This document shows, one piece after another, positions 21,460 to 34,666 of a DNA stretch of 64,000 bases. Numbering within the stretch: position 1 is the stretch's first letter; each line of letters begins with the position of its first letter. Origin of the DNA: Macrostomum lignano (Eukaryota); the NCBI GenBank assembly GCA_002269645.1, contig NIVC01001309.1, positions 62,001 to 126,000 on the forward strand. The letters run 5' to 3'. The translations under genes and the position numbers were made by a program. The notes below the pieces were generated by a model, which saw nothing but the letters and a program-made list of their open reading frames with translations, had not been told where the DNA came from and did no database searches.

Positions 21460-23720
21460 ACGCTGCACACGACTTAGCAACTCAAAGTACAACTCAAAAA
21501 AGCATACGAAAAAAAGCTCACTTCATGGAAATTTGAAACAACTCTCTGTGCAGACAACATGATCAACCAGGCCTTTATTCAAAACGATACAAAACAACTT
21601 TGGAACTTATTAAAAACACCAAATCCCTCAAACAACAAAGTAACAATTGATGAAAAATTTATCATACACTTTCAAAATCTTGTAACTGAACAAGACAGCA
21701 GCATTAGACTATCATACAATCTTCACCTTGACAACCCTATTCTGGCTGATTTAGAGGATTTCAATGCCCCATTCACCAAAGAAGAAGTTATAAAACATAT
21801 CAAAAAGCTCAAAACCGACAAAGCACCTGGGCACGATAAAGTATATGTAGAAACACTCAAATACCTCGAGAACGAACTTGCTGACCTCCTATGCTCACTT
21901 TTCAACGAAGCACTCAAACAAGGAACCTTCCCAGCTAGTTGGATTACAAATACACTTCATCCGATTTATAAAAACAAAGGCAGCAGTGCCGACCCCAACA
22001 ATTACAGAGGAATCTGCATTCAACCAATTCTTGGCAAGCTCTTTTGCCAAATTATTAAATCCAGACTCGAAAACCTAGCATACGCTAACAATCTTATATC
22101 AAAATACCAATACGGTTTCAAGCCCAATCACAGCACAATCGACCAATGTTTTAATCTTTACAACATTATAAACCAATCCATCTACAACAAAGAAGAACTC
22201 TTTATTGGATTTGTTGACTATGAAAAAGCCTTCGATAGCTTAAATCAACCGACCCTTTGGTGCAAAACGGATAATCAGGGTATTAAAGGTCAAATGACGG
22301 AACTTATCAAGAACATGCATAAAAATGCCTGCTTCATTCTAAAAAAAGATGATGATGATAATGAAACCCAGCCAATCCCAATATCAAAAGGTGTTCTTCA
22401 AGGCAACCCTCTCTCTACCATCCTTTTTGAACTATATATTGACGACATTGTTGAATATCTTGAACTCTCTAGCGCTAGGCGCTCTCTTACGAGATCTGCT
22501 TTCCCACTCATCCTACTCTTTGCAGACGATCAAGCCATTCTAGCTAAAAACAAAGACGAACTTCAAGACACATTTACGACTATGGAAAATTACTGCAAAC
22601 AAAATTACTTGAAAGTAAACGCAAGCAAAACAAAGTTCATGCAGGGCAATACCAGACAAAAAAACGACGCAGAAAGCATTGCTACAAAAATATACTACGA
22701 CAACCAAGAAATAGAGTAAGTAAATGAATTTAAATACCTGGGAATTGTTTTTGAACCAAAAAACAGCTTAATTAATGTATTGAACACCAAACTAAGCAGG
22801 GATATACAGCCATGTTTTCCCTACTCCATAGGGTAAAGAATACGTCCCTAGACATCACACTCATTCGCAGACTATTTGACGCGCTTGTTACCCCCGTTAT
22901 CACTTACGGTTGTGAGCTCTGGGGCCCTCTAGCTACCATGTCTGATACAAAAGCTATTGATAATATTCAGCTGAAATTCTACAAATATCTCCTCAATCTA
23001 CCAAAATTTGCTAGCAACAGTGTGATATCATCAGAACTTGAGCTTACTCCAATCTCTCAACGAATCGCTAAAACCTACCTCATCTACTGGCTGAAGATTA
23101 GACACAAAAAACTCTGCCAAACGACTCTAGAAATTTTCTACTCAAACACCAGCCAAAAAAATCCATGGAAAACAAATGTACTAAAGAAACTGGAAAGTAT
23201 AGACTTAAAAGCACTAACTGAAGATAAACTTTCCCAAAGCTTTAATAACGAGAAATACCTAGTGAAAAAGCACCTCAAGATACACAGAGAAAGAGAACTT
23301 AGCCAAAAGCTAGAGAATCAGCAACATATTAAACTCTACAAAAACGCCTATCTCTACAAAAAAAATCTGCAGGCCCGACCTTTCAGATTACTTTCCATGC
23401 ACTTTTAGAAACAAAAAATTCTTAACAACCCTCCTAAAACTGAAATGCGAAATTACACCCAACATTTTCTCTCATGAAGCATGCAGACTGTGTGGAGCGA
23501 GAAATGGTTCCGATATCCTACACTACTTGACCGAATGTCCACAAACTGAAAAGATCAGAAAAAAATACTTCTGTCAGTACCTCTTAAATGACAAGCAAGT
23601 ACACAAGTTAGGATATGCTACAAATGAAAAAAGAGTCAGAAAAGAGCTCACTGGTGTAGCTAAAATATATGAAGTCATGAATAGCTAAAACAGTTATGCA
23701 AACTGAAACAGACATATCAG
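21460..23720 (+). mobile_element. 5'-truncated LINE (non-LTR retrotransposon): RT domain plus C-terminal zinc-knuckle-like region, one premature stop and two frameshifts
   Basis: ORF 21559..22719 has KAPGHD, NNYRGI, QYGF, FVDYEKAFDS, GVLQGNPLS and LLFADD. A TAA at 22717 is followed in frame by VNEFKYLG; ORF 22812..23408 has YGCELWG; a downstream frame has CRLCG...HYLTECP. No APE endonuclease is seen. Confidence 0.92.
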
Positions 23721-26700
23721 CAGTGTAATAAATCCGCTTTTCTTTTGTTTATTCATTTACTGCCTTTTTAATTTCCTATTTAATTAGCATTTAATTAATA
23801 TTTAATTAGTTTCCTATCTAATACCTATTTAAATTGTCGCTATTCGTTTAACGTAAATTTCTTTCGAAGTTCGTTTTTGTTCATTTTTCGTTCGTTTTTC
23901 ACGCTTTGAAATATTGCGCGCTTGCAAAATACTATATCTTTTTACAAAAAACGCTCTTTCAAATACCTTAATAATTTTACAAATATCGTAACTCGCATCG
24001 TAACTGGTGTAAAAATTTAACCTTTTGAACAAATTTAACCTTTTGAACTTAATCGTAATTAAACAACTAATGCTAAAATAACTTAAATACACAGAAATAT
24101 ACTGGCCAAACAGGCTTCTTGCCTGAGCCAACTTACTACTACTACTTAGCTAGCTAGCGCAGTTATATAATAAGTAAGACAGATTATCATCTCATGTTCC
24201 TTTAACATATTTTATACATGTCTTACGTTCAAGATTTTTTGTGAAACAAAAAACTGTGGTAAATAGTGGTAGATAGTAAGAGTACTCTAGTGGTCAGAGT
24301 TTTATTTTGCCAAACTGTGTTTTTGGCACTTCATTTTTAGAGATTTTTCTCTTGCTCATCCAGATGCCAATTTTGCATTTCGAAGTGTTGGTAGACGCAT
24401 ACTTTTAATTACATTTTTAGAATTCAAATGCATTTTGGCTCTTTTAGAGAAATTATAACTATTACTGAATTTACTGGACTTAGGGTTGCAATAAACTCAC
24501 TTTTTGCAAAATTCTGACAGCAAAATCATGTGCAGAGAGATTTACATTAACCTTAACCTAGGCTAACCTTAACCTAGGTATTAAGGTTAAAACTACTAGG
24601 CTTAGCAGTCACTGTGAATCATTATTTCAATCAATTTATAATTTTAATTCAGCAATGAATTTCAAATTCTATAATTATAACAGCACTGATGTCATCAGTG
24701 CCAACTGCCAATATAGTTGATTAGGGCCTAACTTAAATTTCCTTCATTGTTTATTTCATTTCAACATGATCTTTGCAATTGATTAGGTTTTCATTTGGAA
24801 AATTCTAAATATTTAGCTAAGTTAGCTACAGCCTATATTCAACAAGTAAAAGATAGCTTTTGTGGACTTCATAAAGATCCATAGTGTGGATCATGCTAAG
24901 TGCACGCGAGAAACAACCCAAAGCTAATTCCCAAAAGCACGCCGACGACAAGCGAATGCACGCCGATGCACGCGCTACTAGGACAAATTCCACGCCCATT
25001 AGGACAACAATAAATTCAAATTCAAATTTAAGACAAAAATGTATGTTGAATTTCATTGTGTAAAACAAAGCAACAAACGATGTACAAAAGAAATGATATA
25101 TCTTTAAAAACGTGTATTTCTCATACATTAATTTATTTAACAGTCTTATACATTGTTTATTTACAATAGTTTTTTTCAAAAGTTAAATACAATAATACAT
25201 ATTTTATGTCTGCTTACCATTGCATTGGCAGCTTTGCCACATCAGGTGCCAGGCACGTGGCACGCGGCGCACACCAGGCACGCCAGTGTATTTATGTAGT
25301 GTGCATTATGCAAGCCAAATGCATGCCACTTACCTAATTGCATGCCAGTGCACGCCACTTTTGAAAATGCATGCGGGAAAATTCTCGCGTGCACTACATG
25401 ATCTACACTATGGATAAAGATAAAATATTTTACTTGCTAATGTCCAAATCTTAATAAACTGTTTATGTCAAATGTCAATATTATTAATGTAAGATATTTA
25501 GTAGATTTTGGAGAATTTTTGACAAGTGGAAATTTTTTATACCTAGCTATTGATAGTGATATTGATTTTCTTGAATAAAAAGTGATGGGCCTTTCCAACC
25601 AAAACCCACATTCCCCATGGTCCTAGCTAGGGTAAAGATCGTGTACTGCTATATGCCAAGACGAGAATTGCTTCTGTAGCTCATGCATGCCAATGTACAC
25701 CAACAAACTTTTTATCGCATACAAAAATATGCCAAAAAATTACAAATTATAACTAATACTAAAAGCTTGCAAAATTTAAATATTCAAACAACTTATATGT
25801 TACAACTGAAAATCTTTTTACTAAACTGTAGAGAACTAGTTTATTTTAACTATTTTTGTTTTATTTTTACTTTCTTGGAAAAGTTAAACCCAGTTTATTT
25901 ATTTATTTTTCCATTTTTTTCATAAAAGGCCCACTATTTTTGATCAAAATTTAGCTACTGTAACTATGTACATGGAGACTATGCCAAATACAAACTTAAT
26001 CATTTTTGTATGCTAATTATCTAGATTTATTGTTGGGACTCGGAACTTTTGGTCCCAGCTACTGGTCTTAGCAATCTCTATATGCCAAGCTGTACACTAA
26101 GAGGGCATGCCAGGCCCCTTTGTATGCCAAGTTGTATGCTAATGTGTAATCTAGGTCCCTCTATATGCCAGATAATTCCAGCATACATGTATACCATCTA
26201 GAGTCTGGGGTCTTAGGTATTAAGGTTAACTTATTTTAGACTTTGAGTTTTACTTCCTGAATGCTAATTAGAAACTTATTTTATAGAATATAATAGCCTA
26301 GCAATTGATATTGAAATTGAATAAAAAAGCAAGTCTGTATTAAAGATCAGTTACAATGTAGGTAGCTAATAGTTTATACTACCCGTATAAAACGAAATGG
26401 TCACAAAAAGGGGCTGTTACCATGTTTTTTACCGTAACGGTCACCAGTTACCATTTTTTACCGTATTTGTGACTGTTTAGTTCAGGGTCACCAGGTGACT
26501 GTTCAATGTTACCGTACTTTGTGACCATTTTGTTTAGGGTAACCATGTGACTATTCATAGTTAGTATTTTGTGACCGTTTTGTTCAGGGTCACATGTTAC
26601 CAATCAATGTGACCATTTTGTTTAGGGTAACCATGTGACCATTCAATGTGACCATATTTTGTGACCATTTTGTTTAGGGTCACATGTTACCGATCAATGT

Positions 26701-27152
26701 GACCGTATTTTGTGACCGTTTGTTCAGGGTCACATGTTACTGTTCACTGTTACTGTATTTTGTGACTGTTTTGTTCTGTTGTGGAGTTTACTACTTGTCG
26801 CTTTCTACCAACTGTTGTCATCTTCATTGCATAATAGGCTGCTACTATGTTGCTTAATTTGAGTGCAGCGTGACACACGTGTTATTGTTGCCTGAATTTT
26901 TACTTTACAATTTTACAGAGTAGCCTCTCCTGAAATAGGTCACATGGATACCCAGTTATATATAGTTAGGTATGGACAAGTGATAGTTATGAATAGGGAA
27001 GCAAATTTATTACCAATGCCCAGGGATACGTTCTCTTTCAAATCAGTATATAAGGAGAAGTGACGGTAACCCACGAAGCAACTGACTAATTTCTCATGAA
27101 CGTTTGCCACTTTTGCAGAGGATAAGAATCATTAAGAACAAAAATCTCTATC

Positions 27153-29142
27153 ATGGAAGACCAGCAACGCCGCGCCATTATGAATCGTTTAAGAGTGAAA
27201 CGATTTCGAGAACGCAAGACAGTGCAGCTTCTATTTCAAAGGCGACAACAGTGGTTGCAATCTGGAACGACTGCAATGGGCGCCGCCATTGGAAATCCAC
27301 AGACGAATCGTGGTAATAAGCGCCATCATCCAGACGACGACATCGGTAGCGAAGGTACTCCACAACCGCCATCTACCGGCGAAGCTACTTCACAACCGCC
27401 CATCTACCGGCGAAGCTACTTCACAACCGCCATCTACCGGCGAAGCCTCCACCAGCGAAACTGCCAGTGAAGCCGGCGATGCCAGCGAAGCTGCCGAAAG
27501 CTCTGCCAGCGAAACTGCCAGTGAAGCCGGCGATGCCAGCGAAGCTACCGAAAGCTCTGCCAGCGAAACTGCCAGTGAAGCCGGCGATGCCAGCGAAGCT
27601 ACCGAAAGCTCTGCCAGCCAAGCGCCTAGCGACGATGCCGAATACAGCGATGACGGTGACGGCGATGATTATGATTCAGACGACGCTAAACTGCGTAACT
27701 TTTGCCAGTTGGCCGCCTATCCTGGCGCTACTGCCGCCGCTGCAGCTGGCGCATGCGCTAACACTGATGGTGCTTCTACTCCCGCTGGTGCTTCTACCGC
27801 CGCTGGCGCTTCTAGCACCTCTGCGACTGGCGCCGGTAAAAAGCCAGCTTCCGGTGGCCCAGCAGCATACCGCTACTGGGTATTTGAATATGCGCCGGAA
27901 GACGGCGGTCGGCTTGGAGTCTATGCCGACAAGTGTGTTGTTACTGACGGCTCAGTAGATCCGAGCAAACTGTCAGTTGACGATGATGTCACCATTAGAC
28001 CGGGAAAGACCGCCAATAGTAAGGCGTACCGCGTGCGAATATGCAAAGGGCCATACCGCACAAAGGCGGCTGCAGAAGCCGGTGCCGGTGCCTGTCAAGC
28101 GGTACACAGGCCGGGTGGCATTAACATGCCTAACGGTTGCGCCACCTGCCAGGCGCTCAGGCATGAGGTTTTAAACCTCCGGACATCCGCCGAATTGGCG
28201 CAGCAGACTGCCGACGGCTACAGGGAAATCCTGCAACGGCAGAATGAAGACCTGGCCAAAAGACTCGAAGACGCTGAATTTGAGCGCAATGAGTACAAAG
28301 AGAAGTATGAAAGTGCAGCCAATAGAACACGCGAGTTGGAGTGCCAACTCGAGTACGCACAGATCGGTGCTAATCCTTCAAGTTCTGCTGAACAATCGGT
28401 CGGTGTTCTCGCCAAATATGCTACGGTGTTGCAGGACGCAGTGTTTTCCGCCATCGGCGTTCTGCAAGGTGCGGTTTCGCAGGATATCGTAGTAGATTGC
28501 GTTGCTGACACGATTAGCAGCAGCAGTACGACTGCTGGTGGTGGCGCTTCTGCGGCCGCCTCGTCTGCAGCTCCGTTGCTGGACGACATGGACCTGCGCG
28601 CTCAGATCCGAATGTCGTCAGTGAATCGGCGGAAACGTGAGCCCGAGACGAGGTCCTTGACAGCGTGCTGTCCCGACGTCGTCGTGTCGGCCACCGACTA
28701 CGCAAAGATAAAGCATGCCGTGTCCACCTATGTCAAGGGAGGTTACAGGAGTACCGACGCAGATAAATTGCTTCGGACCTTGTACCTAGCAATTTTCACG
28801 GACGACGAGCTGACGACCTGCTCTTACACGGGACGTAGGTCGACAAAAACTGGTCCGCCACCAAAGGCGGAAGTGTCAAAGAGAAAAAAATTCGCCATTA
28901 AGGCGTTTATTGAAGGCCTGCAGTTGCCCAACCAAATTCCGGAGAGAAAGTATGCCGGCGTGTTTAAGCGCACTGGATTCTGTATTGCGCGAAAACTTCA
29001 AAAATCGCTCAAATTGGCACCCAGCGGAAATGAGGTGGCGACGATCGACATCGATGCCGATGATGAGGACGCCAACGTTGGCGACAACGGAGATCACAAT
29101 GACGACGAAGCTGCAGCCTCTCATCCATCTGCAAATCCATGA
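27153..29142 (+). CDS. BEN-domain protein with coiled coil, about 662 aa if one extra C at 27399-27401 is removed (joins ORFs 27153..27470 and 27289..29142)
   Basis: The second of three 30-bp repeats has CGCCCATC where the others have CGCCATC, which shifts the frame. C-terminal DKLLRTLYLAIFTDDELTTCSYTGRRSTKTGPPPKAEVSKRKKFAIKAFI fits the BEN pattern (R.L...F...EL...S..G). A heptad region ALRHEVLNL...RELECQLE and 18-aa repeats SETASEAGDASEAAESSA are present. Confidence 0.72.
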
Positions 29143-29354
29143 GTCGAAGTGTACCAGACTGAAATGCAGCCATTTCGGGCATTTTATTATTTACTGGGCT
29201 TTTTCTGATCTTATCGGGAATAATGAAAGAAAATGGAGAGAGTGGGAGGGAGAAATTTGTGTATGCAACATATCATTGTGCTAAACTAAACAAAGCTAAA
29301 CTAAACCTAAACGTCGCAGTACAATGGGTTTCTAAAACTGCTTAACTTTTGGTC

Positions 29355-29540
29355 GCGCACTTCTGCGATGTCCCACTAATTCAACTAGTTCTTTTTGGCG
29401 CACTTCTGCGATGTCCCACTAATTCAACTAGTTCTTTTTGGCGCACTTCTGCGATGTCCCACTAATTCAACTAGTTCTTTTTGGCGCACTTCTGCGATGT
29501 CCCACTAATTCAACTAGTTCATTTTGGCGCACTTCTGCGA
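29355..29540. repeat. 43-bp tandem repeat, about 4 copies (GCGCACTTCTGCGATGTCCCACTAATTCAACTAGTTCTTTTTG), downstream of the BEN gene
   Basis: Direct; the copies abut with no spacers. Confidence 0.9.
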
Positions 29541-30936
29541 TCGCTATGTACCATATAATAATGCATTTTAATAATAGCGCGCTTTGCGTATATAAAGCTT
29601 AATTGCCGCAATTACTGGTTACTTCACATCTAATATATTACTGCTGATTTGTATTCCTGTTACTTATATGCACATTATTATACTGTTGGTCGATAGTCAG
29701 AAAAAACACACAAGATCACAAAACGGTCACAAAATATGGTAACAGTAAACAGTAACATAGTTACCCTAAGCAAAACAGTCACAAAATATGGCAAAAGTAA
29801 ACAGTAACATAGTTACCCTAGGCAAAACGGTCACAAAATACGGTCACATTGAACGGTCACATGTGACCCTGAACAAACGGTCACAAAATACGGTCACATT
29901 GAACGGTCACATCTGACCCTGAACAAACGGTCACAAAATACGGTCACATTGAACGGTCACATCTGACCCTGAACAAACGGTCACAAAATACGGTCACATT
30001 GAACGGTCACATGTGACCCTGAACAAACGGTCACAAAATATGGTCACATTGAACGGTCACATGTGACCCTGAACAAACGGTCACAAAATACGGTCACATT
30101 GAACGGTAACATGTGACCCTGAACAAACGGTCACAAAATACGGTCACATTGAACGGTAACATGTGACCCTGAACAAACGGTCACAAAATAGGGTCACATT
30201 GATCGGTAACATGTGACCCTGAACAAACGGTCACAAAATACGGTCACATTGAACGGTAACATGTGACCCTGAACAAACGGTCACATATATGGTAACTATG
30301 AACGGTATCATGTTACCTTATTATCATGAACATGAACGGTCACAAGCATTACAGACCACGGTAACAAGTGGAACGGTCACAGCCCCTTTTTGTGACCGTT
30401 TCGTTTTATACGGGCTATATATAGCTATATAGTTATTGTCATTTTCCTTATCTATAATTTTTGACTTAGCCATTTCCTATGCCATGGTTTTTAGTATTTA
30501 GGTTAGCTACCCTCCTAGGGCTAAGCTTAGTCATTTCAAAACTAAGTTTGACTAGATCTCAATTTGCAATAAATTTTATAGTAGCTATTGATCTACCGGC
30601 GACTCATCCCCAGTCGAACGGCTCTACAGGCTGCGGTACTCCTACTCCGGCCGACTGCCATGTTCTAACAACGGAGCAGTCCCGCGAGAGTTCTACGGGA
30701 GGAGCAATGGCTGCTAGTATTACCACACCTTCCAGGCCTTCGAAGGCTGCTTCGACGCCCGCTGTCGCCTCCATGATCATGACGCCTCGGCACACACTAG
30801 ACTGCACAGAGTTCTGCGAACATGGGCCTGTCACGTAAGTCAAAAGCTTAGCTTTCAAGTGTATCGTGACGCAGGGAAAAGCTATACTATAAAAAATTAT
30901 GCACAATTTGTATCGGTCATCCTGAATGTGTTGTAG

Positions 30937-31745
30937 GTTTTGAGGTCAAAGTCCTACGGGAGCTGGCGTCCATCCGTGAGACTGTCGAAGTCATCACAAG
31001 AAAGCTGTCGGTCATTTCGAATGGACTACACCAACAGGACCTACCGGACATTCCCCACTGCCTGCCAGTCAAGTCGATGGAGCAAATGGAGAGTCTGCTC
31101 GAGTGGCTTGGGGACAAGAAGCATGAGAAACTAATGGTAAGAAAAATTTTTCAATGCTCATATACCTGCTGTATATAAAAGTTATACTAACTTTTAGTCC
31201 TGAAGTATAGAACCGAATCTTTAGGTTACTCAACTTTTATTTTCTAGGCAGTTACTGCATGGTCAGTAAAAATCGTTTAAGTCTTCTTGGGTACACAGAA
31301 AAGGCCTTGTTTTTAATTTGAGTGCCAAGTTTTATTTATTCAGGTTTACAGATTCTGTAGGCGTATTTTAGTACAGTAATTTTTCTGTGCAGTGCACAAC
31401 ATAAATTGTTTTGAAGAGTTAACCCAAACAAGTGCTCAAAATTTTCTGTCATTCACAAATTTGCCCATTCTAGGCACAAAAACTGGCCCACGTGGGTGGT
31501 AAGGATGCGAGGGAGCTCATTAGAAGAATGCTTCGTAATGTCGTGGCAGCCGAGGTGCTACTACAATTTAACTTCACTGGTGTTGGTCCGAAGAAGGCAT
31601 TAATAATACAACTCTCCACAGGGTAGTTGTCAGAGCTGCTCGTCTGGGCAACACCATGTTTACGGACAAGGAGATTGATGATTCAATCGCCCACAGTCTG
31701 ATGCATGCGGGTGATATTCTGCGCAAGCATGATAAGTCGAAGTAA
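30937..31745 (+). pseudogene. DUF4806-like gene, last two exons (30937-31136 and 31474-31745), with a 1-nt frameshift near 31590
   Basis: AG/GT-bounded exons join in phase 0: FEVKVLRELASIRETVEVITRKL...LPVKSMEQMESLLEWLGDKKHEKLM-AQKLAHVGGKDARELIRRMLRNVVAAEVLLQFNFTGVGPKKA[fs]NNTTLHRVVVRAAR...TDKEIDDSIAHSLMHAGD. The LP..S.E..., GG....vRRm, N.tG...K and W/L..A.D pattern is typical of DUF4806 proteins. An upstream exon-like block lies at ~30584-30835. Confidence 0.65.
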
Positions 31746-34666
31746 CTGGAATTTTACCTTGTTACATTTAATTTTTCCATTGTGAAGTAACCAATATTCA
31801 CTGTCGAATTGCTTGTTAAAGAAGTCGGAAATACTTATTAATATTTAATATTTGGTTATTTAGTCATCTGGGTTTTTTGCCTTAGACTTAGTCATGTAAT
31901 GACATGACCGTCATTCTATTAGCATGACCAAATTGAGACGGGTTCATGCCAGCCTGGTATTATCAAGAAATTTTATTGTTATGAGTGTCATTTTGACTTG
32001 GCTTAGGGTTTAAAGGGCAAAAATTGATAAAGTTCCGAATTTCGAGTCATTTAAAGATTCTGGGAGTCTGACAAGAATGCATTATACTTGTCAAACTTGT
32101 CAAACGTATGTTTTATCTTATTGCCAACCAGCCCAGCATTTGTCTTCAATATTTGTCAAATGAAAGTCTTTAGTGCTCAAGTTTAAAGATTGCAATTTTT
32201 CTCTCCCTGCCTGCTGCATATTTATAGCTGAATTTTCACCATACATGCTGCTAGAAGTAGCATCATTAGAAGTGAAATATATATTAAAAATTGAAAGTGG
32301 CATTAATAGGAACTTGTGGAATTTTCGTCCCCAGCGACTTGAAGGATAGCTATAAGCCATCTGATGGAATAATAAATTTGCAGTATTGAGCTGTGTCTGT
32401 TGTTTCTTTCAATAATTTTTAATGCTATCATTTAAACCAGAATTATAACTGTATCGTCAATTCATCGCCAATTGCTCGCCAAACGATATCGCCGGGCGAT
32501 ACGGGACGATATCGCCGGGCGATACGGGACGATATCGCCCCTGCGGACAGCCGCGATATTTCGGCGAGATAAGGGCGATCGCTCGGCGATGTTTAGACGA
32601 ATCGCCGGGCGGTATCGCCCCGATGTGGAGGCGAGGTTTTTGGTTATGTGGGTAGCCAAGGCTTGAAGTTTTCTAGTTGAGTTGAACAGTAAAGTGCTAG
32701 GTACGCACAGTTGCTTTGTTTATATTTTCGTTATTTAAGAAAAACTACATGATCGATATTTTAACTACACTATAAAAACTGCACGATCGATAAATTCAAA
32801 AGCTAGAAATATCACGTGATTAATAATACATTATACAGATAATTCATCAACTACTCTACTTAAAGTGGCAGTATAAGTGATGGACAATAATAATAATATA
32901 GGTAGCATTTACTTTATAGTAGAAATATTCGTAAAATATTATCTATCATTAAGTTGGTCTGTCAGGTACACGAAACATGAACACCCCCCAGAAGGAAATC
33001 CTGGCTACGCCAGGACAAACTAACAAAATAACATCATTTTGCTCAATTTTATAGCGGCAACTCTCTTCTTCGTATTTACTTTAATACTTTTAAAATCAGA
33101 CAATGGAAACAAAAGTATTTTATACGTAAAAATTCGATTCACATTATTGGCTTAGTTAACATCCAGTTATTTAGTTTAAATTTACAGTTCCAATTCTGCT
33201 TACATGCACCTACTGGTGTTGATCGTTCTGACTTTTAACTCTGGATGCAAGAAGCTCAGCAGGAGCCTAATTAGTTATACATGTAACATGTACAAAATTG
33301 TCTCTGGAACAATTTATTAAAGCAACTATTTTAAAATTTATAACACAGTAGCTGTGCTGCAGTAATTGTACTTACGAGTTTTATTGACTAAATAATCTTT
33401 AACTTTATCTGTCAGTGTATCCATTTCATAAAATTGTAGTAGAATTCCCGGCATGCTACCACTACATGTGCAGCAGGAAGTGTGTGATTTACCACCGTTT
33501 AAATGTAACTGCATACGCTCATGCATTCACTTTTCTCTCGGACTTTCAGGCTCTAGGCCTTATCCGTCCGTCTGCAGAGTGTAGCTAAGGCTGGACTCAG
33601 CTGTTTTCCATCAGCGGGTGATTCGGCTGATCATAGTGCTGGCCCAGCGTCTGTTTAATTTAAAACCTGAACTAAATAACTAAAACAAAGCGGAAAATTG
33701 AAGTACAGTTTTTATTTATTCGAGTACTACTTTAAATCTTAGTGCTAATATAAATAAAATTAACTTATTTATAGGTTTGATTTTATACTCTGGTAAAAAA
33801 ATGATAAATTTTTATTGACGTTGTATATTTTCAACGTGGAAAAAATGTGCTATTTTTAACAGAAAAAAAACATCAACCCCTGATGTGGCCCCCTGAGATC
33901 CATGGTCGTGCTGCCTGAAACGCAAACCCTAATATACATGTGTTTGATCAAAGTTACTGGCAAGTATATACAGTACTATATAAAACATTTTTGACACAAA
34001 TACAATTTTGGTATTTATATTTATTGTACCCAGCCAGCCACTACTAAAGCCATTACTTAAAAGCCATGTTACTAAAGCCATTACTAAATCCATTACTAAA
34101 GCCATTACTAGGCCTAGGCCTAAAGCCATTACTAAAGTATTACTACTAAAGCCATTTTATACCTATTGTTAAAAGTTGCTTCTTGTTTGCTAGAGCAAGA
34201 TGAATTTTTACCAAATACTAAAAAAGGGAAGTTAAATATCTTAGCCAACATAGGACATTAAAAAATTGATCATTAGTTTGTGAATATTAAAGGAAATTTA
34301 ATATCAGCAATTTAATTTGTAGCAATCTCATTATATATATTATTAAAATTGTATTTAATATTGATTTTATTTAGTGATGACATATTTAATGATTTCTGAT
34401 GAGATATTTATAGTTCAATTTGAATCAATTATAAAGAAATATTGAGCAGAAAGTTTTTTGTTTTCTAAGCTTTAAATAAAGTTTGTGACTTGTAATCATT
34501 TTTAGGAAAAGTTTAGTTTTTAAAGAAAGGTATTTGTATAGTGATAATAAAATGTATTTCAATATACGGCCTATATCACAATCAACCAAAAGGTAAATTT
34601 TAAAATGTTTCTACACTATTCAAGACCTTGATAACATATTTCAGCTAGCGCAACCAGAACACAACC

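Larger units (their letters stand above)
26382..30414. mobile_element. 4033-bp TIR element (CMC/EnSpm-like CCC ends, 3-bp TSD) carrying a BEN-domain gene and subterminal repeat arrays
   Basis: 32-bp TIR with one mismatch: CCCGTATAAAACGAAA(T/C)GGTCACAAAAAGGGG. CTA lies on both flanks (26379-26381, 30415-30417). Subterminal arrays are built on GTGACC (left, ~26430-26780) and a 50-bp CGGTCAC-rich unit (right, ~29715-30345), in inverted orientation. Confidence 0.88.
20790..32652. mobile_element. Putative ~11.9-kb CMC/EnSpm-like DNA transposon (outer element) with nested insertions
   Basis: Left end CCCACGTAACCAAGAATCTCGCC versus right end (reverse complement) CCCACATAACCAAAAAACCTCGCC. Both are flanked by TA, and both subterminal regions (20790-21075, 32460-32652) are rich in ATCGCC/GGCGAT/CGATATCG motifs. 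No transposase ORF was recognised inside. Confidence 0.55.

Noticed and set aside
24480-24620. TAACCTTAACCTAGG motifs suggesting a Helentron/DINE-like or telomere-like repeat
   Set aside because: Only two or three units, and no matching subterminal hairpin or ends could be defined.
29355-29540. CRISPR-like array (43-bp repeats)
   Set aside because: The repeats abut without unique spacers, the context is eukaryotic, and there are no cas genes.
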